DNA from: an uncultured Candidatus Saccharibacteria bacterium
GTDB lineage: Bacteria; Patescibacteriota; Minisyncoccia; Phycocordibacterales; UBA9973
NCBI GenBank assembly: GCA_964527185.1
Contig: CAZGOI010000002.1
Coordinates: 197,532 to 261,531, forward strand
Length of the DNA: 64,000 nucleotides
Reading direction: 5' to 3'
The notes under the pieces were generated by a model. It was not told the origin of the DNA. It did no database searches and worked only from the letters and a program-made list of their open reading frames with translations. Shown here piece by piece: positions 39,908 to 50,445 of this stretch; the first letter of the stretch is position 1; every line of letters begins with the position of its first letter. The translations under genes and the position numbers were made by a program.

Positions 39908-40021
39908 AGTAATGTAAACATTACGAGGACAGATTTGAAGGTCGGAGCGCGGCGGCGAGAGACGGGGTCGCGAAATTTTTCAGAAGAAAAATATTTGTGA
40001 ACAAATCTCACCGCTTCCGCA
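39908..40021 (+). repeat. Structured ~94-nt element followed by a 20-bp duplicate of the tRNA-Ser 3' end
   Basis: CAAATCTCACCGCTTCCGCA at 39888-39907 and 40002-40021; internal motif shared with 57461-57497. Confidence 0.85.
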
Positions 40022-40027
40022 GATTAT

Positions 40028-40100
40028 GCGCGGTTAGCTCAGTTGGTAGAGCGTCCCCTTGACGTGGGGAAGGCCACAGGTTCGAATCCTGTATCGCGCA
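40028..40100 (+). tRNA. tRNA-Val (GAC)
   Basis: Acceptor GCGCGGT/ATCGCGC, anticodon arm TCCCC-TTGACGT-GGGGA, GGTTCGAATCC. Confidence 0.96.
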
Positions 40101-40132
40101 CAAAATAGCTTTATATTTCAAGCCTATTTGGC

Positions 40133-40286
40133 TTGACTTTTTGTTATATTTGTGATATGATTGAACCAGAAAATTGTACTTTGAAAGTAGTTGTTTTATG
40201 TTTGCTTTGAGGACAACTCTCGCCTTCCCTACCAAGGTTAGACTTGTTCTCAAAGTAAACAAATTTTTTTTAAAAAATAAAACAAC
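40133..40286 (+). promoter_or_regulatory. Sigma-70 promoter plus long hairpin leader ending at the ATG
   Basis: TTGACT(40133)-17-TATGAT(40156) with TG extension; stem GTTGTTTTAT...ATAAAACAAC 40190-40286. Confidence 0.7.
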
Positions 40287-41198
40287 ATGAATATGCAAAA
40301 CACATCACAATCGGGTGATATAAAAATGCCCAAAACAAAAACGCCTCTGGGTGTTCGACTTTTACTCTTATTGATTATTACTATCTTGTATTTTGGTATG
40401 TTTATCTTTGTTGACTGGGTGATCTGTCTTATTGTAGTCTCTGTAATATTAGCTGCTACAAACACGCTGTATTCAGTGACTACACCGGCATATCATTGTG
40501 CAATTGTATTAAACGTTTTAACCCGTGAAAAAAGAGTTGTTTATGAAGGATTCAGTCTTTTACTGCCATGGGAAAAATTACACAAGGTTATTGATCTTCG
40601 TTTTGAGCTTGCAAAAGAATGTATGAAAGAATTTCCTACTCTTGATGCGAAAATGATTGCGGAATATATTTTCACAATTCGTCCCTGCATTTCAATCGGA
40701 AATCCTGATGAAAACATTTTGCGATTTGCAAGTTATGAACCGACTGTTATTCAGAAAGGGAGTGAAGGATTCTACAGCCAAAAATTTTCCGACTATTATG
40801 GGAAAAATAGTGCAAAAGACCTTATAGACAAGGAAGCAATATGCAATTCATTATTCGGAGATGATGGCACAGCAAAAGCTGAAGAGGATATTATAAAAGC
40901 TAGATATGGTATTGAATCAGCTGTAAGATTAGTGAGCTCTAAATGGGATCAAGAAACCCAGAAGTTCAGAGATCTAATATCCGGTGCTAAATCTTTTGAT
41001 GAAGCCATTGGAATCCTGATGGGTAAAGATGGTAAAAAGATGTCGAAAGATCAGGCAATAAGAGTAGCAAAATTGATGAATTTCCCTGAAAATGTGAGGG
41101 AAGATATGTATGACGTAAAAATCGATGGCCTGAGCAACTTACGACACCTTAATGTCGTGGGTGGACTAGGTAATAAAAAACAAGGAGGTATGAAATGA
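40287..41198 (+). CDS. SPFH/Band-7-like membrane protein
   Basis: Two N-terminal TM helices then V.EG...LLPWEK...IDLR pattern typical of SPFH domains. Confidence 0.6.
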   Translation: MNMQNTSQSGDIKMPKTKTPLGVRLLLLLIITILYFGMFIFVDWVICLIVVSVILAATNTLYSVTTPAYHCAIVLNVLTREKRVVYEGFSLLLPWEKLHKVIDLRFELAKECMKEFPTLDAKMIAEYIFTIRPCISIGNPDENILRFASYEPTVIQKGSEGFYSQKFSDYYGKNSAKDLIDKEAICNSLFGDDGTAKAEEDIIKARYGIESAVRLVSSKWDQETQKFRDLISGAKSFDEAIGILMGKDGKKMSKDQAIRVAKLMNFPENVREDMYDVKIDGLSNLRHLNVVGGLGNKKQGGMK

Positions 41199-41650
41199 CA
41201 CCGAACAACGCAACAAACCAGCAACAAACACAGACACCTCAACCACTTCCTATAGAAAAAGGAAGCAAGGTGTTTATGTATGCATTTTTGGTAATTGCAA
41301 TTATCGCCACTGCTCTTCATATAAGAAGTAATATTCTTGAAAACAGAAATAAACTTCCTAAAAAGAAGAGTGGTGTGTCGACATCATATAACGGTTTTAT
41401 GCTACCCAAAGATTCCACCTACAAGTTGACCAGAGGTGACACCGTAACGGTAGAAATACCGAGTGGTGTAACTGTCTTATGTTCAAGTGGTGGGACCAGT
41501 GAACGCCCGCACAAATATTTTCACAGAAATCAAAATGATTCCTGGGAAGTATGGGGTGATGGTACGAAACACATGGGCGAGACCGGTGCTTACATTCAAA
41601 TGACGGCCTATGATACGACCATATATGTGAATTGCCAGTTTTCAAAGTAA
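41195..41650 (+). CDS. Single-TM hypothetical protein
   Basis: 4-bp ATGA overlap with the upstream gene; TM then beta-rich domain. Confidence 0.7.
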   Translation: MTPNNATNQQQTQTPQPLPIEKGSKVFMYAFLVIAIIATALHIRSNILENRNKLPKKKSGVSTSYNGFMLPKDSTYKLTRGDTVTVEIPSGVTVLCSSGGTSERPHKYFHRNQNDSWEVWGDGTKHMGETGAYIQMTAYDTTIYVNCQFSK

Positions 41651-41672
41651 TTTGTACAAAACATTAAATTAT

Positions 41673-41705
41673 AAACACCCCCAGATTTATTCGGGGTGTT
41701 TTTTT
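41673..41705. terminator. Bidirectional terminator between convergent genes
   Basis: AAACACCCC...GGGGTGTTTTTTT. Confidence 0.7.
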
Positions 41706-43173
41706 ATCTAGGCGATTGCACTGCTACCCAGTAGTCGTATTTATAGACTGGTTCGTCTGGGTAATACTTTTCAATATTAGTAACAGTAAAGACTCGGTCA
41801 TTCACATAATATTTTTCTTCAGGCATAACTTTGTGGACTATGTTGTTGATGCTATGAACACCCTTCATTTTGGCAATTAGAACTAGGGCATTGTTTATGG
41901 CGATACTTCTTGCGCCGATAAATGTACTATCAACTCCCGAGCCGACAGCTCGGTAAAATTGAGCGTCTGAAACATACGTACCCTGTAGTGGGTTTGCTCT
42001 TTGGCTTTCAGATGAGGTTGCGATATCGGGCAACAAGTTGCAATCTTCTGGCTTTCCCCCATTTATCTGCGCTCTAGCATCTTGCCAGACATAATACATC
42101 TTGCCCTTGCTATCGTAAGAGACTTGGCTGCCATAGACAGTCGGCAGATTGGGATCTGCGGTCGAGTCGTCTAAGCTGTTGTCGCTGATAAATTGCTGGC
42201 GAATTTTTTTCTTTATATCCTGGAGAGTTTTATACTCTGTAGTATCTTGGGCGAGTATATCTCTATGCCAGCAAATATTCGGCTGCTCGATATATACTTT
42301 TGTGAATGGATTCGTGGTAAACGATGTGACGGGTGTGTTCGGCGCATTCGTCAGACTGAAATCTGAAGGAACGCTTATTTCCTCTACTGGTTGGCCAGGC
42401 AATTCTTTGGCTGGTTGTAACTCTTGCAATTTACAATCGTGATCTACACCCGTGCCGATCGGGGCCCGAGCGTCTATCCAGGCATAGTATTGGCCAGGCG
42501 GATTAAGAGGTGTGTCTGGGTTCGGGTTCTTGTATTTTTGATATAAGACTTCGGTTGAATATATGGTCGGGTATTTTTGTTTTGATTGGTCTTTTTCAGA
42601 TATCCCGTTAGTAGATAGGTACTTTGATCTAGCAGCCAGTTTTATTGTATTTATCGCATCAAATTCTGTCGAAGCAGTTTTGTAATCTACATAGCGCCAA
42701 CAAAGAGAGTTGTTGGCTTTGTATTGCGGAAATGGATCCGTGGTAAAAGTTTCGATTGGCCAATTTTCTGTATTTTGGGAACTTATATCAAGAAGATTCC
42801 CAAAAATATCTTTGTTGTTGTTTGGGTTGTCGGCAACATTTTTACCTACAAGATTATCGCCGTTAACAGCAAAATTTCCATTGTCGTTTATTTTTATTTT
42901 ATTCTCTCCAAAACTACTCAATATGATTTGCATTAAACCAAAAACAGCAACCATTATAAAAAGGCCGAGCACGCCCCATAGCATCTGCGACTTGGCCTTT
43001 TTTCTAACTTCTTCGTTTTGAGGAGAGAGTAAATATTGCGCCAGCCCATATATGAAATATGCGAGGGCAACTGCAAAAAGAAATATGATGATAGGATTGA
43101 TTAGAACCTTATCAATACTTTTGACTAACGTCAAAACACTAGCTTCTGCAACTGGCACAATATAAAAATGCAT
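41704..43173 (-). CDS. Pilin-like N-terminal domain fused to a large repeated extracellular domain
   Basis: TM-EEVRKKAKSQMLWGVLGLFI-TM pilin pattern; two ~110-aa Cys-bracketed repeats. Confidence 0.7.
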   Translation of the reverse strand: MHFYIVPVAEASVLTLVKSIDKVLINPIIIFLFAVALAYFIYGLAQYLLSPQNEEVRKKAKSQMLWGVLGLFIMVAVFGLMQIILSSFGENKIKINDNGNFAVNGDNLVGKNVADNPNNNKDIFGNLLDISSQNTENWPIETFTTDPFPQYKANNSLCWRYVDYKTASTEFDAINTIKLAARSKYLSTNGISEKDQSKQKYPTIYSTEVLYQKYKNPNPDTPLNPPGQYYAWIDARAPIGTGVDHDCKLQELQPAKELPGQPVEEISVPSDFSLTNAPNTPVTSFTTNPFTKVYIEQPNICWHRDILAQDTTEYKTLQDIKKKIRQQFISDNSLDDSTADPNLPTVYGSQVSYDSKGKMYYVWQDARAQINGGKPEDCNLLPDIATSSESQRANPLQGTYVSDAQFYRAVGSGVDSTFIGARSIAINNALVLIAKMKGVHSINNIVHKVMPEEKYYVNDRVFTVTNIEKYYPDEPVYKYDYWVAVQSPR

Positions 43174-43181
43174 TTAGTTTA

Positions 43182-43538
43182 TTAGCAAACTACACCTGGG
43201 CCTGGAATGCAAGGAATGTTGCTACCGCCCAACTGTTCAGGGCCGACACCAAAGGTGTTGGTTATGATACGGATAATTCCCCAGAAAGCAATGATGACGA
43301 ATAGCCCGATTAGACCCATGATGATCTTGTGGCGAGCCTTTTTCTTGGCCTCTTCATCGGTCGAGAGAGTGTATTGGATGACCCCCCAGATAAAGTAAAC
43401 GACTGCCAAGGTTATGAGGATTGGAATAACTGTGGCTAGGATTTTGTTGACGACCGTTAGAATACTGAAGGCATCTGCCGCAAACACCACGAATGGGGCA
43501 ACCGAGAGCGCGATACCAAAAGAAATTATTTTCTTCAT
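43182..43538 (-). CDS. TrbC/VirB2-like (CPR-type) pilin
   Basis: Signal peptide, TM-DEEAKKKAR..IIMGLIGLFVI-TM. Confidence 0.8.
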   Translation of the reverse strand: MKKIISFGIALSVAPFVVFAADAFSILTVVNKILATVIPILITLAVVYFIWGVIQYTLSTDEEAKKKARHKIIMGLIGLFVIIAFWGIIRIITNTFGVGPEQLGGSNIPCIPGPGVVC

Positions 43539-43644
43539 ATTTGTTCGCCTTTTGGGCGAAGATTAATGATAAATTAATAAACGACTTTTTCGAACCTATT
43601 TATGGGTTTATTATACCATAACATAAGACTATTTTAGCAAGGAT

Positions 43645-44028
43645 CTATTGGGAGAGCTGTGGAATCAATGTTTTAAAGCCAAAAGTGTTCGTTAGGACAT
43701 TGACCAACCCCCAGAGGCTGATCATGACAAAAAGCGCAATTAGGCCCCATATCATGAAAGTCTTGCCATTTTTTCTTTTCTCTTCATTTTCGGCATTGAT
43801 GACATATTGGATAACTCCCCAGATAAAAGCGGCGGTCGCCAAAGTGAAAAAGAAGGGTATTACTGTTTTGATAATGGTACAACTAGCCCAGTTGAAAATC
43901 TGGCCGATGCTTTTAAACGGGGCACCGATGTCTTTACAATAATCTTTCGTATCTGTTATCGTAGGAGCAGCATAGACCAAAACAGGAAGCAGGGATAAAC
44001 TTATAAGAAATATTTTTATTTTTTTCAT
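43645..44028 (-). CDS. TrbC/VirB2-like (CPR-type) pilin
   Basis: Signal peptide, FIWGVIQY..NEEKRKNGK..MIWGLIALFV. Confidence 0.8.
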   Translation of the reverse strand: MKKIKIFLISLSLLPVLVYAAPTITDTKDYCKDIGAPFKSIGQIFNWASCTIIKTVIPFFFTLATAAFIWGVIQYVINAENEEKRKNGKTFMIWGLIALFVMISLWGLVNVLTNTFGFKTLIPQLSQ

Positions 44029-44037
44029 AATATTTTT

Positions 44038-44595
44038 TTATTGACTTTGGCTTGTAATTTGGTCGACTGTTCCCTGTATAGCCCCAGCTATAACATAGCA
44101 GCCAAGCAACAGGGCAGCACCTATTAAAGTAGCTATTATAGTTTTTTTAGCTTTTTTGAGTTTCTCTGAATTACCTTGGGCTGTCACAAAAAGAAAGCCA
44201 GAGTATATGATGGCGAGTGTGACGATCGGCACGCCTATCAAAACTACAAAGTTTAGTATGGCTTTTATAAACGATGGTATATCTGTCGTCGAACCCCCGA
44301 GCGGATTGTTGATATGGGTGTTTATTTGATTAGTCGTACTACCGTCTGGAGTATTTTTAGTACTACCATTAGGAGTATTTGTTGTACTACCATCTGGTTT
44401 ACATTCAGATAGATTTTCTTTACCAGTAAAATCACATCCCTCAGGCATCGCAATCCCTTGTTTACTATCCCAACAAGTGCAAGGCCCTTGAGCAAAAACA
44501 GGGTGAGAATGGGAAGTAAAATTTAATATAAAAGCAAAAACAAAAATTGTGCTTAAAACTTTGGGGAGAATATTAGATTTACTTTTTTCTATCAT
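44038..44595 (-). CDS. TrbC/VirB2-like (CPR-type) pilin
   Basis: NPL motif, IIYSGFLFVTAQGNSEKLKKAK. Confidence 0.82.
   Translation of the reverse strand: MIEKSKSNILPKVLSTIFVFAFILNFTSHSHPVFAQGPCTCWDSKQGIAMPEGCDFTGKENLSECKPDGSTTNTPNGSTKNTPDGSTTNQINTHINNPLGGSTTDIPSFIKAILNFVVLIGVPIVTLAIIYSGFLFVTAQGNSEKLKKAKKTIIATLIGAALLLGCYVIAGAIQGTVDQITSQSQ
44326..44397 (-). repeat. 3 x 24-bp coding tandem repeat (PDGSTTNT/PNGSTKNT/PDGSTTNQ)
   Basis: Visible in both DNA and translation. Confidence 0.85.
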
Positions 44596-44610
44596 ATTAA
44601 TATTATAACA

Positions 44611-45084
44611 TTATTTGCCATTACTTTGTTGGGGCACCAAGTAATCTGGTCCTTTAAAATTAAGTGTCGTATATATAGTATGAACAATAATCCAAGCCGC
44701 CAGAGCTATAACATAACCTATGACCAAGTTTTTCAATATCTTTTTTGCCTTGTTAATATTCTCTGAACTGCCACCAGCGGTAATCAGTAGGAACCCTGCC
44801 CAGCATATAATAAGCGCAGCCAGCGGGGTGGCAACATCAATCAATAAAAAATGAATTATGTTGTTGATTAAATTAATCCCCCATGTAAAATCGCAAGGGT
44901 CACTGTATTCTGCAACGTCAATGCTATGTGTTGGGTTATTAGGATTTTGAACCGTCTTGTGAATAATTTTTGTATTACAAGTAGGAACCAATCCACCGTC
45001 GGCCTGAGCTATGCCAAAGCCAGAGAATTGTAATACTAGCGCAAGAGATAGAAAGATTATTGAATTTTTAGTTGCTTTATTCAT
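44611..45084 (-). CDS. TrbC/VirB2-like (CPR-type) pilin
   Basis: GLVP.C..C loop, WAGFLLITAGGSSENINKAKKIL..LVIG. Confidence 0.8.
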   Translation of the reverse strand: MNKATKNSIIFLSLALVLQFSGFGIAQADGGLVPTCNTKIIHKTVQNPNNPTHSIDVAEYSDPCDFTWGINLINNIIHFLLIDVATPLAALIICWAGFLLITAGGSSENINKAKKILKNLVIGYVIALAAWIIVHTIYTTLNFKGPDYLVPQQSNGK

Positions 45085-45086
45085 GT

Positions 45087-46391
45087 TTATTTTATTATAG
45101 ATTGCATCTCGCCTTGGGCTTTGGTTATGGCATCCTCGACCGAGAGTTTATTAGATATGATGTTTTGAATTAGTTCCGAAAATATAGTATCGCTTGCATT
45201 TGGGTCTGGGTCGGCAAAGCTTCGCGAGACTATTGCTGATTTGAAAAAAGTGAAGAGATATGGGTCTGTTGGGTTTGTCGCAAGTATTTGCCGAGAAGCC
45301 GGTGGTAATGAAAGAGCGGTGCTTAGATTTTTAATATTATCCCCTCCAGCAAGCAAACCTGCCACACTAAAAGCGGCAGAAATATTTGCTGATTTTTTAT
45401 TAACAGCGATAGCGTAAATATCGGCGTCGGTACGTTTTAGGTTTGTGCCTTTTGTCTGCATAATCTGCGCAACATCAAAACTTAAATTTGGATTTATAGA
45501 TTCAATTTTAAAAAGTTCGCTGGCTCGGCCGATATAGAAAACGAGCTTGCCACCGGTAAACATATCGAGAGAATTTGGCAGAGATCTGTTCCACGAATAA
45601 GCATTGTCGGCCGGGTTTGAAAATTCTGTAAAGAAGTTTAGTATCTGGACAAATGGGGACGTCGGTGAGCTGGTTTGGTTGTTATTTAGCACAGAAACGT
45701 ATTTGCCGCCAGTGTAATCTACTATAGGATTGTTGCTCTGCAGAAGGAGCGTGGCCAAGATATCTTTTGCATGGTTTACATTGTCATAGCGACCGAGGGC
45801 GATCATGCTTTGTGAGATACTGCCGTCTGAATTCCTTTTTGTTAATTGATTGTTTAGAGAAAACAGATCGCTCCAGTATTGTGGCGGCTGCGATATGCCT
45901 TCGTTTGAAAGAAGATCTTTGTTGTAATAAAGAACAATCGGGTCAACGACGAGCGGAAAGCCGATCGCCCCATCGTCGTTTAGGTAGACACTGGCCCCAT
46001 CGATAAAAGCGTCTTGAAATGTTTTTTGCGGGTAGCTAGCATAAGGAATCTTGTAAACAAAATCTTTAAAGTGATCGATCATATCGGGGGTGACGATAAA
46101 AAGATCTGGGCCATTGCCTGCAGCAAAAGATTCTACTAGGTCTTGTGCGTATGTCAATTTATTTTTCTTTGTGTAACTTACTACCAAATCTTTGTTTGCA
46201 CTATTCATGTCTTCAAAAACTTTTTCAAATTCTGGAGTGCTATCGAAAGTTCCCCAGATTACTATTTTTCCAGTCGGAGTTGAACTACTGCTCGATGAAC
46301 CGCCGATTTTGAGCAGGCCAGAGAATATCAAAACTGCAAAGACAAAGAAGGCGATAAATATTGCAACTAAAATTGTCTGGAAATTATTCAT
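45087..46391 (-). CDS. Extracellular solute-binding protein (family 1), membrane-anchored
   Basis: N-terminal TM, IWG, GPDLF, LYYNKDL. Confidence 0.85.
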   Translation of the reverse strand: MNNFQTILVAIFIAFFVFAVLIFSGLLKIGGSSSSSSTPTGKIVIWGTFDSTPEFEKVFEDMNSANKDLVVSYTKKNKLTYAQDLVESFAAGNGPDLFIVTPDMIDHFKDFVYKIPYASYPQKTFQDAFIDGASVYLNDDGAIGFPLVVDPIVLYYNKDLLSNEGISQPPQYWSDLFSLNNQLTKRNSDGSISQSMIALGRYDNVNHAKDILATLLLQSNNPIVDYTGGKYVSVLNNNQTSSPTSPFVQILNFFTEFSNPADNAYSWNRSLPNSLDMFTGGKLVFYIGRASELFKIESINPNLSFDVAQIMQTKGTNLKRTDADIYAIAVNKKSANISAAFSVAGLLAGGDNIKNLSTALSLPPASRQILATNPTDPYLFTFFKSAIVSRSFADPDPNASDTIFSELIQNIISNKLSVEDAITKAQGEMQSIIK

Positions 46392-46911
46392 GTACAAAAA
46401 TTATACCATATTGGTGCGCCGAGACATTCACATCTTCGACTTTTTTAAATCCCCTCTTTGTAAAAAGTTCTTCAGTGGTTTCATATTTGACTAGGTGCTG
46501 ATGCGATGGGCCGATGCCACCATACTTGTCGCGCCAATCGATAACCAAGACTTTACCACCCTTTTTTAAAATTCTTTTTGCTTCATCGACGAGACCGAGC
46601 TTGTCGCCCACTTGGAATAATATGTTTGTCATTATCAACCGGTCGATACTTTGATCGGCGAGTTTTGAACCATGTAGTGTCTCGACATCGCCCCAAATGC
46701 ATTCGACATTTTTAATACTTTTGTCTTTTAGTTCGGCTTCCAGGTGCTTTACCAATTCTTTTTGCACTTCTATTGCATAGACTTTACCAAAGTTGCCGAC
46801 TAATTCACTTGCGGCCATGGCATAGTATCCTCGGCCTGCGCCAAAATCGGCAACGCGCATACCCTCTCTGATTTCGAGAGGGCCGAGGTTTAATTTAGTA
46901 TGTGAAAACAT
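46384..46911 (-). CDS. Class I SAM-dependent methyltransferase
   Basis: VADFGAGRG, RILKKGG. Confidence 0.88.
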   Translation of the reverse strand: MFSHTKLNLGPLEIREGMRVADFGAGRGYYAMAASELVGNFGKVYAIEVQKELVKHLEAELKDKSIKNVECIWGDVETLHGSKLADQSIDRLIMTNILFQVGDKLGLVDEAKRILKKGGKVLVIDWRDKYGGIGPSHQHLVKYETTEELFTKRGFKKVEDVNVSAHQYGIIFVHE

Positions 46912-46935
46912 AGTAAAATTATATCACAATTTAAC

Positions 46936-49380
46936 CTAGAGACAGGTGATCGAGGCAATCGAATCGCCAGGACGGAGCTTCATGATGGTCACACCTTGGG
47001 TTTGGCGGCCAGAAGTTGGGATCGATGAGAGCGGCACGCGGATGACTTGACCTTTTTGCGAAACAGCGATGATTTCATTTTCTTCGCCGACAATTTTAGC
47101 AACGATCAGTTTGCCAGTTTTCGAAGTTACTTTGGCAGTTTTGATGCCCGAGCCGCCACGTTTTTGGGTTTTGTATTCTTTGATGTTGGTTTTTTTACCG
47201 AGACCGTTTGAGCCCATAGTCAATATTGAAGGGCTGGCTTCACTTTTTCGAACTCGATCAAAACCGATGACTGAATCACCTTTTGAAAGTTTGATGGCTC
47301 GCACCCCACCAGCGGCCCGGCCCATTTCACGCACATCAGATTCCTTGAAGCGAATAGACTGACCCAAAGACGTTGCCAGCATGACATCGTCGCCTTTTGA
47401 AACTGTAATGACAGATTGTAATTCATCGCCTTTATCAAGCGAGATGGCGATCAGACCACTGCGACGGACGTCTTTAAAATTCTCAGCTTTAACTTTTTTA
47501 GCAACGCCACCCGAAGTCACCATCATTAATTGTTCGACACTTTGTTTTGTCTCTTTGTCTATCGATAAGATCGAGGTGACCTTCTCGTCGGTATCAAGCG
47601 AGATGAAATTCATGATCGATTTGCCTTTTGTCGCCCGCTTACCTTCGGGAATATCATACATTTTTATTTGGTAGGCCTTACCACGATTGGTAAAAAACAG
47701 TAGGTCGCTATGGGTATTGGCAGAGATGAGCATCGTAACAAAATCTTCCTCTTTAGTTTCTATGTCGATGACGCCGACGCCGCCACGCTTCTGGGTGCGG
47801 TATTCGCTCGGGTCTGTGCGCTTAACGTAGCCGCCCTTGGTAAAAACGAGGACTGATTCTTTCTCGGGAATCAGGTCTTCTTCGTTGATCGCTTTGACTC
47901 CGCCTTTGACGATTTTGGTTCGACGTTCGTCGCCGTATTTACTGCGGATATCTTTGAGTTCATCTGAAATAACTTTGAGCATCTTTTTTGGCGAAGCTAG
48001 AAGCTCTTCTAGTGCTTTAATCAATTCCTGTTTTTCTTTTAGTTCGAGTTCGATATTTTTTCGCTCAAGGCCAGCCAACTTTTGGAGCTTCATATCTAAA
48101 ATGGCGATGGTTTGAAGTTCTGAGAATTTAAATTCTTTCATCAAATTTGTTTTGGCGACCGTAGTGTCTTTTGAAGCGCGGATGACCGAAATGACTTTAT
48201 CGATGTGGTCGAGTGCTTTTTTTAAACCAAGTAGTATGTGTTCGCGTTCTTTTGCGCCCTTTAAGTCAAACTCTGTGCGACGACGAACAACGGTCGTACG
48301 GTGCTCGACAAAAAGACCGAGCAAGCTTTTTAGCGAGAGCGTCTGTGGCACACCGTCAACGAGTGCAACGATATTGAAATTGAAAGATTGTTCGAGTTGG
48401 GTATGTTTGTATAAATAATTTAAAATTTTCTGCGGGAAAACACCGGACTTCAAATCAATGACAATACGGATGTCTTTGGTCGATTCATCGCGCAGGCCTT
48501 TGACGCCTTCTAATTTTTTTTCTTGGACGAGCAGTGCGATCGATTCGATGAGCGCAGATTTATTTACCCGATACGGGATTGAAGTGATGATGATTTGGAA
48601 TGTTCCACTTTTTTGTTCGACGACCTCGGCTTCGCCACGTGTCACAACCCCACCACGGCCAGTCGAATAGGCGTGGAGCATATCTTGGGCGCCATAGACT
48701 ATACCACCGGTCGGAAAATCTGGGCCCTTGATGAACTCCATTAGATCTTCGGTAGTGGCATCTTTGTTGTCTATAAGATGGATAGCGGCATCGATGGTTT
48801 CAGAAAGATTGTGCGGCGGAATGTTTGTGGCCATTCCAACAGCAATGCCGAGCGTGCCATTTAACAATAAATTTGGTACAGCCGTCGGTAGGACGTTTGG
48901 CTCTTTACGTGTTTGGTCATAGTTGGGACGAAAATCTACTGTATTCTTTTCAAGATTAAGTAAAAGGAGCGATGAGAGTCTAGACATTTTTGCTTCGGTA
49001 TAACGCATAGCCGCTGGACCATCACCATCGATCGAGCCGAAATTCCCCTGCCCAGTGATGAGTGGGTAGCGATATGAAAAATCTTGAGCCATGCCGACCA
49101 TCGAATCATAGACGGCTACATCTCCATGCGGGTGATATTTACCGAGTACGTCACCGACGACGAGGGCTGACTTGCGGAATTTTGCGCTCGAACCGAGGCC
49201 TAGCTCGTTCATCGAATATAGAATGCGACGGTGGACGGGTTTCAATCCGTCACGGACGTCAGGCAAGGCGCGATCGGTAATGACCGACATAGCGTAATCG
49301 ATGAAAGATTCTTTCATCTCACTTGCAATGTTGACATCGACGATATTTACCCGTTCTTGTTTTGGTTCTTCTTTGGCCAT
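46936..49380 (-). CDS. gyrA: DNA gyrase subunit A
   Basis: [29 protein letters not shown], GyrA-box-like QKRGG. Confidence 0.97.
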   Translation of the reverse strand: MAKEEPKQERVNIVDVNIASEMKESFIDYAMSVITDRALPDVRDGLKPVHRRILYSMNELGLGSSAKFRKSALVVGDVLGKYHPHGDVAVYDSMVGMAQDFSYRYPLITGQGNFGSIDGDGPAAMRYTEAKMSRLSSLLLLNLEKNTVDFRPNYDQTRKEPNVLPTAVPNLLLNGTLGIAVGMATNIPPHNLSETIDAAIHLIDNKDATTEDLMEFIKGPDFPTGGIVYGAQDMLHAYSTGRGGVVTRGEAEVVEQKSGTFQIIITSIPYRVNKSALIESIALLVQEKKLEGVKGLRDESTKDIRIVIDLKSGVFPQKILNYLYKHTQLEQSFNFNIVALVDGVPQTLSLKSLLGLFVEHRTTVVRRRTEFDLKGAKEREHILLGLKKALDHIDKVISVIRASKDTTVAKTNLMKEFKFSELQTIAILDMKLQKLAGLERKNIELELKEKQELIKALEELLASPKKMLKVISDELKDIRSKYGDERRTKIVKGGVKAINEEDLIPEKESVLVFTKGGYVKRTDPSEYRTQKRGGVGVIDIETKEEDFVTMLISANTHSDLLFFTNRGKAYQIKMYDIPEGKRATKGKSIMNFISLDTDEKVTSILSIDKETKQSVEQLMMVTSGGVAKKVKAENFKDVRRSGLIAISLDKGDELQSVITVSKGDDVMLATSLGQSIRFKESDVREMGRAAGGVRAIKLSKGDSVIGFDRVRKSEASPSILTMGSNGLGKKTNIKEYKTQKRGGSGIKTAKVTSKTGKLIVAKIVGEENEIIAVSQKGQVIRVPLSSIPTSGRQTQGVTIMKLRPGDSIASITCL

Positions 49381-49382
49381 GC

Positions 49383-49691
49383 TTATTGATTTTGAGGTTC
49401 AACTGGGACTAGGTTTATTTGCTTTTGGGTGTTGGTCGTGCCTGAATTTAGATTGGCATTTCCAGCTGAAGCATCTTGATTGTAGAGGTTGCTAAGCGAG
49501 TTGAAAAAAAGTGTGAATGGTTTTGCATCGCTTGAAGCTTGTTCTGAAATCGAGCCGCTCGACAATCTGCCGGTCATATCATAGACCCAAACCATGACGA
49601 CAACCGTCATGACGAGCAACATCGAAACAACTAAAATTCTTTGTCGAACTTCTTCTGGTTTTGATTGTAATTTTTTTATATATGATTGCAT
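49383..49691 (-). CDS. Single-TM hypothetical protein
   Basis: 102-aa ORF packed between co-oriented genes. Confidence 0.7.
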   Translation of the reverse strand: MQSYIKKLQSKPEEVRQRILVVSMLLVMTVVVMVWVYDMTGRLSSGSISEQASSDAKPFTLFFNSLSNLYNQDASAGNANLNSGTTNTQKQINLVPVEPQNQ

Positions 49692-49700
49692 ATAAAAATT

Positions 49701-50327
49701 TTATGCTTGTAAGACTACGATCTCGCCTTCTTTGCCGACTAGCTCTTTGGCTTTGATCGTCAGTTTCTCGATCGCTTGGACTTTTTCTTGGCTACCTTCT
49801 TTTAGAAATACTTTCAGGGTTTTATCGTCGTATTCCATCGGGATTATGATTTTAGGTTCGAGCGAAACCGCCAACTTGTAGGCTTCAGCTGGCGACAGCA
49901 GATCACCATTGCCAACTGGAACAAATAAAATGTCTGGTGATTCGATTTGACCGATGACATCGGTGTCGAGCTTGCTTTGCGACAGCGCGCCGAGGAAACA
50001 AAGCGAGATATTTTCGACAGACATCGAATAGATAGTGTTGATATACTTCTTGCCGGCAATTTCAGTCTCGGTTAGCAAGCCTTTGATAAAAATATCTTTG
50101 ATCTCATAATCCCCTGGGCCATTGATAGCAAATGGAACCGTGTCACCATGCGAAACCATTTCGAAACCATTGTAATCTTCTTGGTTGACACTCGATAGCG
50201 CGATGGTGGCGCCGAAACGCGACGGTGAAACGCCAGATTTTGAATCTTTACTGATCGGATTGTAGGCGATTACCAACTCCCCCTGCTGAATTTTGAAGAA
50301 CTGCTTACCTAAATACGTGATAATCAT
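49701..50327 (-). CDS. MBL-fold metallo-hydrolase-like protein (metal ligands degenerate)
   Basis: MIITYLG start, GPGDYEI, DILFVPVG, PKIIIPM. Confidence 0.78.
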   Translation of the reverse strand: MIITYLGKQFFKIQQGELVIAYNPISKDSKSGVSPSRFGATIALSSVNQEDYNGFEMVSHGDTVPFAINGPGDYEIKDIFIKGLLTETEIAGKKYINTIYSMSVENISLCFLGALSQSKLDTDVIGQIESPDILFVPVGNGDLLSPAEAYKLAVSLEPKIIIPMEYDDKTLKVFLKEGSQEKVQAIEKLTIKAKELVGKEGEIVVLQA

Positions 50328-50445
50328 ATGGGTATTATAGCAAATTTTGAGCTAAAATGAAAGTCTATTTTTTATTGTTTTTCTTAAAATGGAGCTCGGT
50401 AAAACATAGGTAAAGGCCCGCTTAGTTAAAAGCAGGCCTGATAAA

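Noticed and set aside
39465-40465. Short ORFs overlapping the tRNA-Ser/Val region
   Set aside because: They overlap tRNAs, repeats or promoters and lack coding features.
41704-45084. Conjugative element or ICE
   Set aside because: No VirB4, relaxase, coupling protein or integrase nearby; such pilin clusters are common chromosomal features of this lineage.
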